Shown: positions 7,139 through 16,424, counted from the stretch's first letter. The stretch: 34,225 bases of DNA from a virus (IMGVR_UViG_3300032136_000014:1-34225), one strand, 5' to 3'. Notes: a model not told the origin generated them from the sequence alone. Made by a program: numbers and translations.

Positions 7139-9552
7139 GCAAAGCCCTCCTGTGGGTCTATGGTCGGCGGTTCGCTCGGATCCAGCTTGTCTACCAGGGT
7201 GATCGGGATCAGCAACGAACGGCAGTTAAAGTGATTGGGGGGATTATAGCTCTCCCAGACGGCATCGTCAGCCGGATGTTGCTGCCCATCAAGATGCTGG
7301 CAGATCTCGGTTGTGCGTGAGTCGAGAATAGCCGAATACTCAAACCCCTGTACAAATGACTCCAGTCCGGGGTCAGTGAAGTAGGAGAAGCGCGCCTCGT
7401 TTATCGCCTTGAAGCCCGTTGTCCGGATCGCGGTGGTCAGTCGGCTGTCAGCGATCAGATCGCCCAGGGCATCGCCCAGGGCATCGAGGGCAAAGCTCTG
7501 GCTCACCAGCCCCTCGCGCGCGAACATGGTATAGATCTCCTCCTTGATCACCGCCGAGGTCTTATCCTTCTGTAGCCCGTTCTTGATGATCTCTCGCGTC
7601 TTGTTCAGGATATCGTCTGAGAACTTACCCGACATCGTAAATGATTCGATGTCTATAAAGTCATTCAGGGAGGTGGCCATGCGAGCGCGATCAAACTTGG
7701 CGGAGAAGGTATCCTTCTTGGCGGTGTCGATCTCGGTCTTGGCGTGCAGCTCTCCCAAACGCCAGAAGCGGCGCAGGGCGGAAGCGGCTGCGGTCTTTAG
7801 CCGTCGCTTGAGTTTGCTCTCGATGGCAAGGTCCTTGGCCCCCGCGCCTGCATCAACCTGCTCAATCAAAGTGGCTGCGATCTCATCCATCACCGCTGAT
7901 ACCTCAGCGACGCCGTTGCCCACATCATCTTCCGAGGTCTTGTCGATGACCTTGAAGCTGACCCGGCCCATCACCTGTTCTTTACTGTACTGAGACCAGA
8001 GGTATCCCGCGATAGTCTCCAATACCGGAGCCCCAGCGCCCTCCTCGTCGTTCTCCTCGTCGCTCTCCTCGTCGGCCATAGGATCCCCTTCGGCAGCCGG
8101 GATCTCCTCGCCAGGGGGCGAAGAAACGGGCGGAGGGGTAGGCTCCTTTACTTCGATAGTCTCAACCATCCCTTGCGCCTTATCCTCATCGATGGGATAG
8201 CAAGCCACGATCGTCGCAACCGCGCTCTCCTTAGGCAACACGCCGGTCGCCACCTTCTCGAGAATTGAGACTAGGGACGCTACCTGAGCGCCGTTGAGGG
8301 CGCTACTCTGAGACGCCCCGGCGGAAGTATCCTCTTCAAGGCGGGCAGGAATCTCCAGGACCTCGCGGATGTAGTCCTCATCGCTCTGCGTCCGCGATAC
8401 CGCGCCGTCTTTAACCAGCTCTTTCCAGAGCCTCACCAGGTCGTGCTGCTTCTCCTCGCTGACTGCCTTGAACACCATCCGTGGATAGTGCTCATCACCG
8501 AAATTATACCATCCGAGCTCGGAGAACAGCTGCTCATTGACCGCGTCTTGCAAGCGGGTGGCGTCGGTTGTGATAGTCCACAGGAAGGCCTCCAGCTGAC
8601 GATCGCTTTGTGAGTAGCTGCCCGTCTGCCCTGCTGGAGTAACGCCGAGCAGGTTAGGAACCAGGAGGGCGCGGGCGATCTGGAGATCGTATTTGTCGAT
8701 GGCCCCATCGAACGGAACAGCGCCTGATGGGTAGTCCTGGTTCATCGTCATGTCCGCAGGGAGAATGCCCATAGACACGCCGGCCTGGATGTCGTTAAGG
8801 AACTTCTGGGCGGCAGTATAGTTCGGGCTGCCAACAGTCAGGGTTTTGCCCTCTTTCATCTGTAGCCAACGCATCCCGCCCGCATGCCGCTCCAACCACA
8901 TGTTGTGAAGCTTGATGACTACGTCTTTCGAGAACCAGGGACGGTAGGCCTCGCGCAGATCGCTCTGCCCATAGTGGGGATCGATGTCAGGATTCTGAAC
9001 AAAGTGGATAAACCGAATGGGGTCAATCTCAACCTCTTCCCCGGTCGAAGTACGCTGAATCACCTTGAGGAGGTTGTCGTACTTATCCACCTTGAAGGTA
9101 AAGGTATCAGCTGGGCGTAGTTTGAGGGCCTTGATCCCCCAGTAGGTTTTCCCCTGCACTTCAATAGGGTGGTAAATCTTCTCGACCAGGGAGAAGCCAT
9201 AGACGGTGGCCGATAGAATCCGGTTGAGTCCATCGATGACAGTGCCCGGTGCCAGATCGGTCAGGGCGGTGAACAGGTCAACCCGTCGCTCAGCCTCTTC
9301 CTCACCGAGCTTCTCCCGCGACGCCGGGGACATCTCAAAGGTGTAGTCTCGACTGGTGATAGCGTCACGCCGGAACTTGGCCGCTGCCTTCACCTGCTCA
9401 TCCAGGGACATCTTCTTGTAGGTGAGGAGGCCCTTCATTCCGACCAGTGAATCAGGATTGTACTTCTCGAAGTGATCGGCACCATAGATCAGCGACCCGA
9501 CTGCGACTTCGTCGGTCTTCGGAGCCTCGCTGCGCTTGAACCACTCAAACAT
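7135..9552 (-). CDS. Portal protein (DUF935/Mu gp29-like) fused to MuF/SPP1 gp7 head morphogenesis domain
   Basis: N-term DEQVKAA..FRRDAI, YGFSLVEKIY, PHYGQSDLR, GSYSQS portal motifs; C-term FEYSAILDSRTTEICQHLDG and PPNHFNCRS MuF motifs. Start placed at ATG 9552 (GGAGG upstream). Confidence 0.85.
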   Translation of the reverse strand: MFEWFKRSEAPKTDEVAVGSLIYGADHFEKYNPDSLVGMKGLLTYKKMSLDEQVKAAAKFRRDAITSRDYTFEMSPASREKLGEEEAERRVDLFTALTDLAPGTVIDGLNRILSATVYGFSLVEKIYHPIEVQGKTYWGIKALKLRPADTFTFKVDKYDNLLKVIQRTSTGEEVEIDPIRFIHFVQNPDIDPHYGQSDLREAYRPWFSKDVVIKLHNMWLERHAGGMRWLQMKEGKTLTVGSPNYTAAQKFLNDIQAGVSMGILPADMTMNQDYPSGAVPFDGAIDKYDLQIARALLVPNLLGVTPAGQTGSYSQSDRQLEAFLWTITTDATRLQDAVNEQLFSELGWYNFGDEHYPRMVFKAVSEEKQHDLVRLWKELVKDGAVSRTQSDEDYIREVLEIPARLEEDTSAGASQSSALNGAQVASLVSILEKVATGVLPKESAVATIVACYPIDEDKAQGMVETIEVKEPTPPPVSSPPGEEIPAAEGDPMADEESDEENDEEGAGAPVLETIAGYLWSQYSKEQVMGRVSFKVIDKTSEDDVGNGVAEVSAVMDEIAATLIEQVDAGAGAKDLAIESKLKRRLKTAAASALRRFWRLGELHAKTEIDTAKKDTFSAKFDRARMATSLNDFIDIESFTMSGKFSDDILNKTREIIKNGLQKDKTSAVIKEEIYTMFAREGLVSQSFALDALGDALGDLIADSRLTTAIRTTGFKAINEARFSYFTDPGLESFVQGFEYSAILDSRTTEICQHLDGQQHPADDAVWESYNPPNHFNCRSLLIPITLVDKLDPSEPPTIDPQEGFA

Positions 9553-11056
9553 GTGCCATGCCTCCAAACGCAGACCCGCCTATAGACATCGGCTCGAAGT
9601 TAGAGCCCGAACCTATCGTCGGGCTTTTATCGGTCATCTGCATCATTGCTGAATCCGCTCGGTCTGGAGATTTCTTACTGTGCTTATAGTGCATCTCTTT
9701 TGTCTCGACATCTTCGTCCCGCTCATTGCCAGGGCGTGAACGTATGGAGCAGAGCTGAGCCACATACTCATCCCAGTCGTCGGTAAAGCCATCGAGATAA
9801 ATCGCTCGGTGGTCACGGTGCATGTCACGCAGAGCGATATACCCGGCAGCTCGCCTGTTGCGGTAGGCTGAATCCTCGACGCTCTCACCACCCCGAAAGG
9901 TTATCACATTGAAGTTTCGGTCAATCAAGGTGCCTGCCGTGCCTGCGCCTACGCCTATGGAGTCGACCACTATATCATCACCGTTCTCAGCGTTTCCACC
10001 GAACTGCTTGAACAGCTCCTCTGCGTAATCAGCGCATCTGATAGGTGACTCAGCTTGCGGAAAGTTTTCCTTGACTTGCTTGACAAACAGCGTAAAGGAT
10101 TCGAAGTGCTGGCAGACGGTGAACACGGAGAAGTCCTCACCTCCATCAGCTACGTCCACTGAGATACGCAAGCGTGCATGAGACCCGTCACTGCGCCGCT
10201 CATCTTCTCGGCACTCTTCTAGCCAGGACATGCTGATCAACTGGTGGCGGCCCATTGGGGCGAAGTCACCGAGAACGCGCACCTTGAAGATAGGTGAAGT
10301 CTCACCGTACTTCACGCGCATGTTGTTGACCCACTCTCTAGAAACTATCTTGGGTGCGTCTTCCGGCTTGACGTGCATACGGAAGTACATGGGCGCTAGG
10401 TCAGCGCGGGTATGATGCTGGTAGAACTCACCCTCGTCCCTGGTCGGGTTGCCGATCTCTACGCAAACGGAACCAGGGGTGGTGAGCGCACCTTCGATGA
10501 CTGGGAACATGTCGTCCATACGTCGACCGCTCGCCTCGTCAACAAGGAACAGCTGAGGGGTGTCATGGTATCCTGCAAGGTTCTCTGGCTCGCTGGCTGT
10601 CTCCCCCTGAATTCCCCATGTCTCATCGCCAGCGAAAGAAGCCTTGAGGTTGTCCACCGTTATCAGCATGGCGTACCAATCAGCAGAGTGCCGATGGAGC
10701 CGCTTATAACGATAGAAGAATCGAGTGCGCAGGAGGTCTTGCTTAGGTGCGGTAACAGCTATGAGCCCATAGGTAGTAAAGCTCCATAGGTGTGCTATGG
10801 CGGCGAGACCATGTGTCTTACCCGTACCATGGCCAGAACGAATAGTGATGCGGGGCTTACCTTCGTGATTGATGCGCGTCTCAACGCCATCAAACTTGCG
10901 GCGCACATCCATGATTGCTTCGGAGAGATCTACCTGCCAGGGGCTTGGCTCGAATCCAAGAACTTCTTCAAAAAACCAAGCTGGCTCACTTTCAGCGCGC
11001 GCAACAGCGTCGCTCATAAGCTCACTTTGGCTCTGCGGTAATTGCAGTGAGTTCAA
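9545..11056 (-). CDS. terL: Terminase large subunit
   Basis: Walker A RSGHGTGKT, Walker B LFLVDEA, coupling motif IGNP, nuclease ISVDVADGGED and SPDRADS. Confidence 0.93.
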   Translation of the reverse strand: MNSLQLPQSQSELMSDAVARAESEPAWFFEEVLGFEPSPWQVDLSEAIMDVRRKFDGVETRINHEGKPRITIRSGHGTGKTHGLAAIAHLWSFTTYGLIAVTAPKQDLLRTRFFYRYKRLHRHSADWYAMLITVDNLKASFAGDETWGIQGETASEPENLAGYHDTPQLFLVDEASGRRMDDMFPVIEGALTTPGSVCVEIGNPTRDEGEFYQHHTRADLAPMYFRMHVKPEDAPKIVSREWVNNMRVKYGETSPIFKVRVLGDFAPMGRHQLISMSWLEECREDERRSDGSHARLRISVDVADGGEDFSVFTVCQHFESFTLFVKQVKENFPQAESPIRCADYAEELFKQFGGNAENGDDIVVDSIGVGAGTAGTLIDRNFNVITFRGGESVEDSAYRNRRAAGYIALRDMHRDHRAIYLDGFTDDWDEYVAQLCSIRSRPGNERDEDVETKEMHYKHSKKSPDRADSAMMQMTDKSPTIGSGSNFEPMSIGGSAFGGMAHV

Positions 11057-11412
11057 CTACCACCCCGAACTGATTGCTTGAGTGATGCAGCCAGCTCGTG
11101 GAACAGATCATTGCCATTGCTGGTAAGGTCCACGTTCGCCTCTTTCGGTAAGCCTACCTGTATGCGCTTCAACTTTGTTGCTGCGAATGAGCGTGTAGCT
11201 TCAAAAAGGGCGTGGTCCAGCTTGGCCCCGCGCTTTGCTTCTGTCTCGGTGTACAGCATATGAGCCTCCAGCTGACGGCGCATATACTCTTCGGACCATT
11301 CGAGATCTGCCATCGATCTATTGTTAGCGAGCCGAGCCCGTAGATCTCGGCGCTGCCGCTCGATGATCTGAGGTTTACGCTCGGCGCACTGCTGTTTTAA
11401 TGACTTAGGCAT
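11053..11412 (-). CDS. Probable terminase small subunit
   Basis: 119-aa helical protein overlapping the terL start by 4 bp, with a GGGAG RBS and a NVDLTSNG C-terminal motif; assignment is mainly positional. Confidence 0.55.
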   Translation of the reverse strand: MPKSLKQQCAERKPQIIERQRRDLRARLANNRSMADLEWSEEYMRRQLEAHMLYTETEAKRGAKLDHALFEATRSFAATKLKRIQVGLPKEANVDLTSNGNDLFHELAASLKQSVRGGS

Positions 11413-11479
11413 AGCACTCCCTGGGCGGGGAGTATAGCCTAAGGAGCTTGCCAGAAAAACCCATGTGCGGTATGCACCC

Positions 11480-11870
11480 CCCTAACCGGCCCTAAATTAG
11501 TATCTTCTAAATTACCCATTAGCCACTTTTTACTCATAAAACGCCATAATGGTTGCCGCTGACTTTTTTGCCGAAGCAGGCACAAAGTAAAACCTAACCA
11601 CTGAAACCTAACCGCCGGTTAGTTTGAAATTCAAACTCATAATGCAATTAAAACAAATACATAACCGCTAACCGCTAACCGCCTGCCTAGTACCCCCGTG
11701 TATTTTTTATTTTTCCCCTCTTTTTTCCCTTTGTATTATGACGCTTATTTTTTATATACCAACAATTTTATAAAAGTCCGGTTAGGCGGTTAGTAACGGT
11801 TAGTTGGTTGTTTATTAAGGACTTTTTTCCTAACCGCCTGCTGATCCACGCCGGTTAGGCGGTTAGGGCC
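11480..11870. other. Putative replication origin: AT-rich core with TAACCG iterons in both orientations
   Basis: Non-coding; about 12 exact TAACCG/CGGTTA copies counted by eye (e.g. 11662, 11669, 11676; 11779, 11787, 11797; 11852, 11860) flanking T-rich 11700-11775; immediately downstream of the primase-helicase. Confidence 0.75.
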
Positions 11871-11884
11871 TCCTGGCCCCTGGT

Positions 11885-13885
11885 TCAGACCTTGCGTCCA
11901 CCCTGAATTCCACGCAATTTGTCTTTGCGCTGCCCCTGGTCCTGATAGGTGTCGTAGAGGTCGCTTGCCGACATCCCACGGTATTTACCCTGATCCCGCA
12001 CTGCCCAGACCCGAACAGGGGTCTTCTTCCACCGCTGGCCTTGCAGCGACAGGCAACCTAAGCGCCGCAGCGTCTTGATCACCGTCTGACGTAGGGTAGG
12101 GGGGAGGGTAAGCCCCTCCGTGGCCTCCATGGCCGTTACAAGGTCCACGTGGAATGGTGGAACGCGGTCGGCTATGCGCTCCTCGATGTCGGATTCCAGC
12201 CCGCCCCGTGAGTCACAGACAATCTCTCGGCTAAACTCGGTAGGCCGAGCGTTACCTGATGAGTTGAACTCACTGATATCTCGATGCTGTAAATAATTGA
12301 GTACGATGCCGGCATTGTTGTGGAGCCAGGGTGCGAGGTTGTCATAGTATGAGTCTGGCTTCTTGGTCACGTCGCACCACCAACAGAGATAGCGTGCCGC
12401 GTTGCCGCCCGTGATATTCAGCGCATCGCGGTGGTTACTCATGAATATCACTGATACGATGTTCGGGACGTTGAACCGCTTCTGCCCCTTGATGTTGATA
12501 CCCAATTCCTTAGGCGGGCTCGCGAGGATCTGCTTCAACTTGTTCTCGATCTTTCTAGCTGAGCGAACGTCCGTGAACATTTCACCTATTGTAAGCAGCT
12601 TGGTTTGGAATAAAAACTGGTTAAACTCACTGTCAAGCTCAGGGGCGTTTATCTCATCACAGTTATTCCAGCCGATCGCTTCTTTAAGTGGCAGAAACAT
12701 AAGGTCCTTACCCACCCGCTCCGGCCCACCTATAAACAGTGAGTAATTGATTTTTGTACCCGGCCTCTGTACTGTGTGAGCCATCCAGTCAAGCACGTCG
12801 TTACGCACCGCTTCGTCAGGTATAAGCCAGGCGACGTGGTCAAGCCATGGGCTAGGGTCGCCTGCTCTTGCTTCAAGGGTTGACGGTTGGTAGGTGTTCA
12901 GACAGATCGAGCCGTTGTCATTCTCATATGTAAATTCCTTTTCTGGGTGCCAGCCGATGCTGTCGACTACCTGCAGACGTTCGGACGCACGCAGGAACTT
13001 GACGGGCGGTACGCGCTTACCATCTTCATCCTGTGGCATGTCCTTATAGTAAGACATGTCCAGCGACAGACTACTGATGATGATGCTGCTGGAGCTATCC
13101 CAGAACGCACCCTGATCCTTTACCCACACCATATTCTCCGTAAGCCAGGAGTACATATCAAAGTCACGATCATAGCTGATAGCGCTTTTGAGAAGAGCGT
13201 GCACCTCCTTCTCTGGTAGTGGGTTTGGCAGACCACGATTGAAGCCGGTCAGTGTGATGGCGATCGTGTCTGCCGGCACGCCGTGATAGTGCAGCGTGCA
13301 AGCATGTCTAAAGATAGTGTCGTTGCGCGACCCTTCGACAAGGTCCTCAGCAGCGACCGGTTGAAACTTTTCACGCTCTGGTTTACCGAACTCGTCGATG
13401 AACCGTTTAAGCTGTTTGTTGTTTTCAACGATATGGGTGTGATCGTCGACTACGTCGCCAGTAAAGGTCATGTATCGGCCAGACCAGTACGCTTCATACG
13501 GCGACTGATTGAAGCTCTTGAAGGCTTCGCCTTTCAGTATGATGTGGTAGCCTGTACCCGAGGGCGATCGTTCTGCGTATGACTTAAATTGATTGATCAT
13601 GTCCCGGTGCGAGACATCTAGAACAGGATCCCCCTGTTTATTATCAAGGTCGATGGCTATGTATTGATCATCGTCGGTAAATACGAACCCTATACCGTCG
13701 GCTAAGCCTTTCTCCACCAGCTTGCAACATTGTTTGAAGCTGCGCCATGTTTTCTCGTTCGTTGATGAAGCGTTTCGTGAACACTTACCAGCGCCCACCT
13801 TTGGCATCTTAGTACCGTTCTCTGATTTCCAAACCACCCACTGGTCAATAGCCTGCAGCTCAGCAGGCACTAGCTTGTAGTGCAT
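11885..13885 (-). CDS. NrS-1-like primase-polymerase with PriCT domain and SF3-type (DUF5906-like) helicase
   Basis: QWVVWK, GIGFVF, IAIDLD, ERSPSGTGYHII, RYMTFTG (prim-pol); EGSRNDTIF...PLPEKEV (PriCT); GPERVGKDL Walker A and FMSNH motif C. Confidence 0.9.
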   Translation of the reverse strand: MHYKLVPAELQAIDQWVVWKSENGTKMPKVGAGKCSRNASSTNEKTWRSFKQCCKLVEKGLADGIGFVFTDDDQYIAIDLDNKQGDPVLDVSHRDMINQFKSYAERSPSGTGYHIILKGEAFKSFNQSPYEAYWSGRYMTFTGDVVDDHTHIVENNKQLKRFIDEFGKPEREKFQPVAAEDLVEGSRNDTIFRHACTLHYHGVPADTIAITLTGFNRGLPNPLPEKEVHALLKSAISYDRDFDMYSWLTENMVWVKDQGAFWDSSSSIIISSLSLDMSYYKDMPQDEDGKRVPPVKFLRASERLQVVDSIGWHPEKEFTYENDNGSICLNTYQPSTLEARAGDPSPWLDHVAWLIPDEAVRNDVLDWMAHTVQRPGTKINYSLFIGGPERVGKDLMFLPLKEAIGWNNCDEINAPELDSEFNQFLFQTKLLTIGEMFTDVRSARKIENKLKQILASPPKELGINIKGQKRFNVPNIVSVIFMSNHRDALNITGGNAARYLCWWCDVTKKPDSYYDNLAPWLHNNAGIVLNYLQHRDISEFNSSGNARPTEFSREIVCDSRGGLESDIEERIADRVPPFHVDLVTAMEATEGLTLPPTLRQTVIKTLRRLGCLSLQGQRWKKTPVRVWAVRDQGKYRGMSASDLYDTYQDQGQRKDKLRGIQGGRKV

Positions 13886-14008
13886 TTATATCTCCCTAGA
13901 CTTACTGTATCATTAGTCGGTCAAGCCCACTGCACGGCACGCGGTGGGCAGCGTAGTATACCACTGTATGCCGCGTCGACACCCTCCGGATCTCTCTGGT
14001 CCACCTTT

Positions 14009-14046
14009 AAGCCCCGGTCGCTCCCTAGCACCGGGGCTTTCTTTTT
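14009..14046 (+). terminator. Rho-independent terminator
   Basis: AAGCCCCGGT-N11-ACCGGGGCTT followed by TCTTTTT. Confidence 0.75.
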
Positions 14047-14104
14047 ACTTCCTGCTAAAGGTGCGCTAACTTCCCTATCTCTGACAACGAAGGTAGGAAC
14101 TCAC

Positions 14105-14284
14105 ATGGATAAAATAACCCCGCTCTACCAAGACCACCGGCTGTACTCTGACGAATATCGTCACCTATTTGTTGCGATCCATGGTAGTGAGCCACGCGCC
14201 TTACCGACTGGCAAGTTCACTAGCGATGGCACCCGCATGTGGGCGCGGAATCCGCACTCGATTAAGAAGGGGAGAGGGAAGTGA
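14105..14284 (+). CDS. Hypothetical protein (59 aa)
   Basis: ATG 14105 after AAGGTAGG; GTGA overlap with next gene. The longer track ORF from 13880 crosses a terminator and is unlikely. Confidence 0.45.
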   Translation: MDKITPLYQDHRLYSDEYRHLFVAIHGSEPRALPTGKFTSDGTRMWARNPHSIKKGRGK

Positions 14285-14538
14285 GCGATAAAGAATTCTG
14301 GGATATATTGAGAGCGGATAGAAAAGAGAAGTTCGACGCCGATCGCAAGCGGTTCATGGAAGAGGCACAAGCAAGGGATGATGGCGAGTGGACCAAGCAC
14401 ACGCAGTGGCACTGGTCGCGCACTGTCAACGGCAAGCGTCTGGACTACTGGCCCAGTCGTAAGAAGTTCATGTATGAGGGGAAGGTACGTCGAGGCGATG
14501 TGCTGAAATTTATTTATAAAAACACTTTACAAGTCTGA
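14281..14538 (+). CDS. Hypothetical phage protein
   Basis: GGAGAGGG RBS; 85 aa with a Trp-rich NGKRLDYWPSRKKF motif. Confidence 0.65.
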   Translation: MSDKEFWDILRADRKEKFDADRKRFMEEAQARDDGEWTKHTQWHWSRTVNGKRLDYWPSRKKFMYEGKVRRGDVLKFIYKNTLQV

Positions 14539-14600
14539 AACCTTCAACGACAATAAACTCAGGTTGGAGGAACGGCCTCCAACCAGAAAAGTGAGAGAAG
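14525..14600 (+). promoter_or_regulatory. Early promoter-hairpin cassette, copy 1
   Basis: TTTACA-N17-GACAAT, then hairpin GGTTGGAGG-AACGG-CCTCCAACC and AGAAAAGTGAG; 71/76 identical to 16425..16500. Confidence 0.85.
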
Positions 14601-14604
14601 AGAG

Positions 14605-14802
14605 ATGAACACCGAATATGACCTCTACCTGATAGTCGCCACCTTTCGTCATGGTGCTCGTGACTATTGGACTGGCAGCAAGTTCTCCGCTGACGCTAAG
14701 AAGGCGAAGTACTACAAATCACACAGCGCAGCCATCAAGGCCCGGAACCGGGCACAAAGCCTGGTCTTTGGCATCGGCGGCGTCGTGACAATTGAAAAGT
14801 GA
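14605..14802 (+). CDS. Hypothetical early protein
   Basis: ATG directly after cassette 1; 65 aa basic protein. Confidence 0.65.
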   Translation: MNTEYDLYLIVATFRHGARDYWTGSKFSADAKKAKYYKSHSAAIKARNRAQSLVFGIGGVVTIEK

Positions 14803-14812
14803 GGATAGAGAG

Positions 14813-15667
14813 ATGAGCAGCCAGCTGACATTCACAGACCTTGACGATTTCGACACCGTCCAGGTGCGCGCCCCCAAGGAGGCGAAGAGGTTCCCATGTC
14901 CGCACTGCGGCGGAACCGGCTTCTATCAAGGCGTCAGAGTCCACCAGCACAAGACTGAGTGCTTTTCCTGCAAGGGTAAAGGCTACTTCAAGACCAGCCC
15001 TGAAGCCCGCGCTAAGGCGCGCGCAGCCAGCAAGGCTAACAAGATCAAGAAGCTGAAGGCCGCCCAGGACGCCACCAAGCACAAGCTGGAGGGAGCCCGC
15101 GCCGGTCTGGCCAAGTGGTTGGTTGACAACCGTGATTGGAATGACTTTGCCGCGTCTCTCATCAATCAGGTTAGCGAGCGCGGTACGCTCAGTGACCGTC
15201 AGATCGAAGTGGCTGCCGGCATGATGGCCAAGACCGAAGCGAGCCGCGCTAAGCGCGCCGCTGAGAAAGCCGAGCGCGAAGCGGCTGCCCCCAAGGTTGA
15301 CTTGAGTGTCATCCACAACATGTTTGCAACCGCTATGAGTAACGGCCTACGGAAACCACGATTCCACTACAACGACCTTACCATTAGTCGCGCTCCTGAC
15401 TCTGGCGTAAACGCTGGCCACCTGTACGTGAAGGACGCCGGCGAGTACGCTGGAAAGGTCACACCTGACGGTCGCTTCTTGGCAGTGCGCTCGGCTCGGG
15501 AAGGCATCATGGATGAGTTGATGAAGCTGGCTGCCGACCCTCTCGAAGGTGCCAAGGCGCACGGACAGCAGACTGGCAGCTGCTCTTGTTGCGGCCGTGA
15601 GCTGACGAACAAGGTAAGCGTAGAGCTTGGCATCGGTCCTATCTGCCGAGCTCGCTGGGGACTCTAA
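14813..15667 (+). CDS. Zinc-finger protein (DnaJ-like CxxCxGxG pair plus C-terminal DUF6011-like zinc ribbon)
   Basis: CPHCGGTG, CFSCKGKG, CSCCGRELTNKVSVELGIGPIC; start set at ATG 14813 after GAGGA. Confidence 0.75.
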   Translation: MSSQLTFTDLDDFDTVQVRAPKEAKRFPCPHCGGTGFYQGVRVHQHKTECFSCKGKGYFKTSPEARAKARAASKANKIKKLKAAQDATKHKLEGARAGLAKWLVDNRDWNDFAASLINQVSERGTLSDRQIEVAAGMMAKTEASRAKRAAEKAEREAAAPKVDLSVIHNMFATAMSNGLRKPRFHYNDLTISRAPDSGVNAGHLYVKDAGEYAGKVTPDGRFLAVRSAREGIMDELMKLAADPLEGAKAHGQQTGSCSCCGRELTNKVSVELGIGPICRARWGL

Positions 15668-15675
15668 CAACGAAC

Positions 15676-15697
15676 GGGGCGTCTAGGTAGACGCCCC
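15676..15697 (+). terminator. Intergenic hairpin (possible terminator or processing site)
   Basis: GGGGCGTCTA-GG-TAGACGCCCC inverted repeat; no U-tract. Confidence 0.45.
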
Positions 15698-15716
15698 ACA
15701 CCAATGGAGAATTGAT

Positions 15717-15905
15717 ATGTCACTGATGATTCTACTCAACCTGAGCGTCATTGCTCTGATGGCCCTGATCCTGATCCTCCTGATCTGGACCAACCGGCCC
15801 GAAGACGGGGAGACTCTGCCCGACGAAGTCGAGCTGGCCGTGACCATCGTATCAGGGGTGATTCTGGTGCTATCGGTCGGCTCCCTCCTGACGGAGGTAT
15901 TCTAA
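15717..15905 (+). CDS. Small two-TM membrane protein
   Basis: GGAG RBS; two hydrophobic segments with an acidic loop. Confidence 0.6.
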   Translation: MSLMILLNLSVIALMALILILLIWTNRPEDGETLPDEVELAVTIVSGVILVLSVGSLLTEVF

Positions 15906-16150
15906 TGTCACGCGCAAACGGTGAGGCGATCCTCTACTACCGAGATATCGTAGAGGCCTGCCGGTTTGGGCGAACCATGAGCCAGGGGGTCCTGATGCTA
16001 TTGCAGCGAGAAGGGGCACCGGTCGATGGCTCCGTCTTCTTTCGCACCGATTCGGCAACCCGATGGTCCATGCGCGTAATCTCAATGCATAGCGGCGCGC
16101 TTCGTTACAGCTGGAGTTCTTTAAAGAACTCTTCAAGGAGAATATCATGA
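15905..16150 (+). CDS. Hypothetical protein
   Basis: GGAGG RBS, TAATG coupling upstream and ATGA coupling downstream. Confidence 0.6.
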   Translation: MSRANGEAILYYRDIVEACRFGRTMSQGVLMLLQREGAPVDGSVFFRTDSATRWSMRVISMHSGALRYSWSSLKNSSRRIS

Positions 16151-16422
16151 TCCACTTACTCGCGATACTTATGCCACCTATTGCAGTGGCCGTTACCGGG
16201 CGCTGGGGTGCCCTTCTCCGCAATATGGCTCTGGGGGTAGTGCTGCTGATCGTCGGTGGTTCCCTGTCGGTGGTGTTCCCGCCCGCCCTCCTGATCGCCT
16301 GGGCGGTCTGGGCGATCCACGCCATTGGGGTGATCAGGGCGCAGCGGCGCGCTCAGGAGCAGGAGGCCCTAGCCTCGGCGATCTGGGCCGAGCAGAGGAG
16401 GCGCGAAAATAGTGAAAAATAA
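16147..16422 (+). CDS. YqaE/Pmp3-like small membrane protein
   Basis: LLAILMPPIAV...AIHA pattern typical of YqaE/Pmp3; AAGGAG RBS. Confidence 0.6.
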   Translation: MIHLLAILMPPIAVAVTGRWGALLRNMALGVVLLIVGGSLSVVFPPALLIAWAVWAIHAIGVIRAQRRAQEQEALASAIWAEQRRRENSEK

Positions 16423-16424
16423 TT

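Noticed and set aside
11437-11453. Sigma54 promoter upstream of terS (minus strand CTGGCA...)
   Set aside because: A -24 GG is present but the -12 position reads TTAGG instead of TTGC.
13880-14104. 5' part of the 134-aa track ORF 13880..14284
   Set aside because: Overlaps the primase start and runs through a terminator; ATG 14105 has the better RBS.
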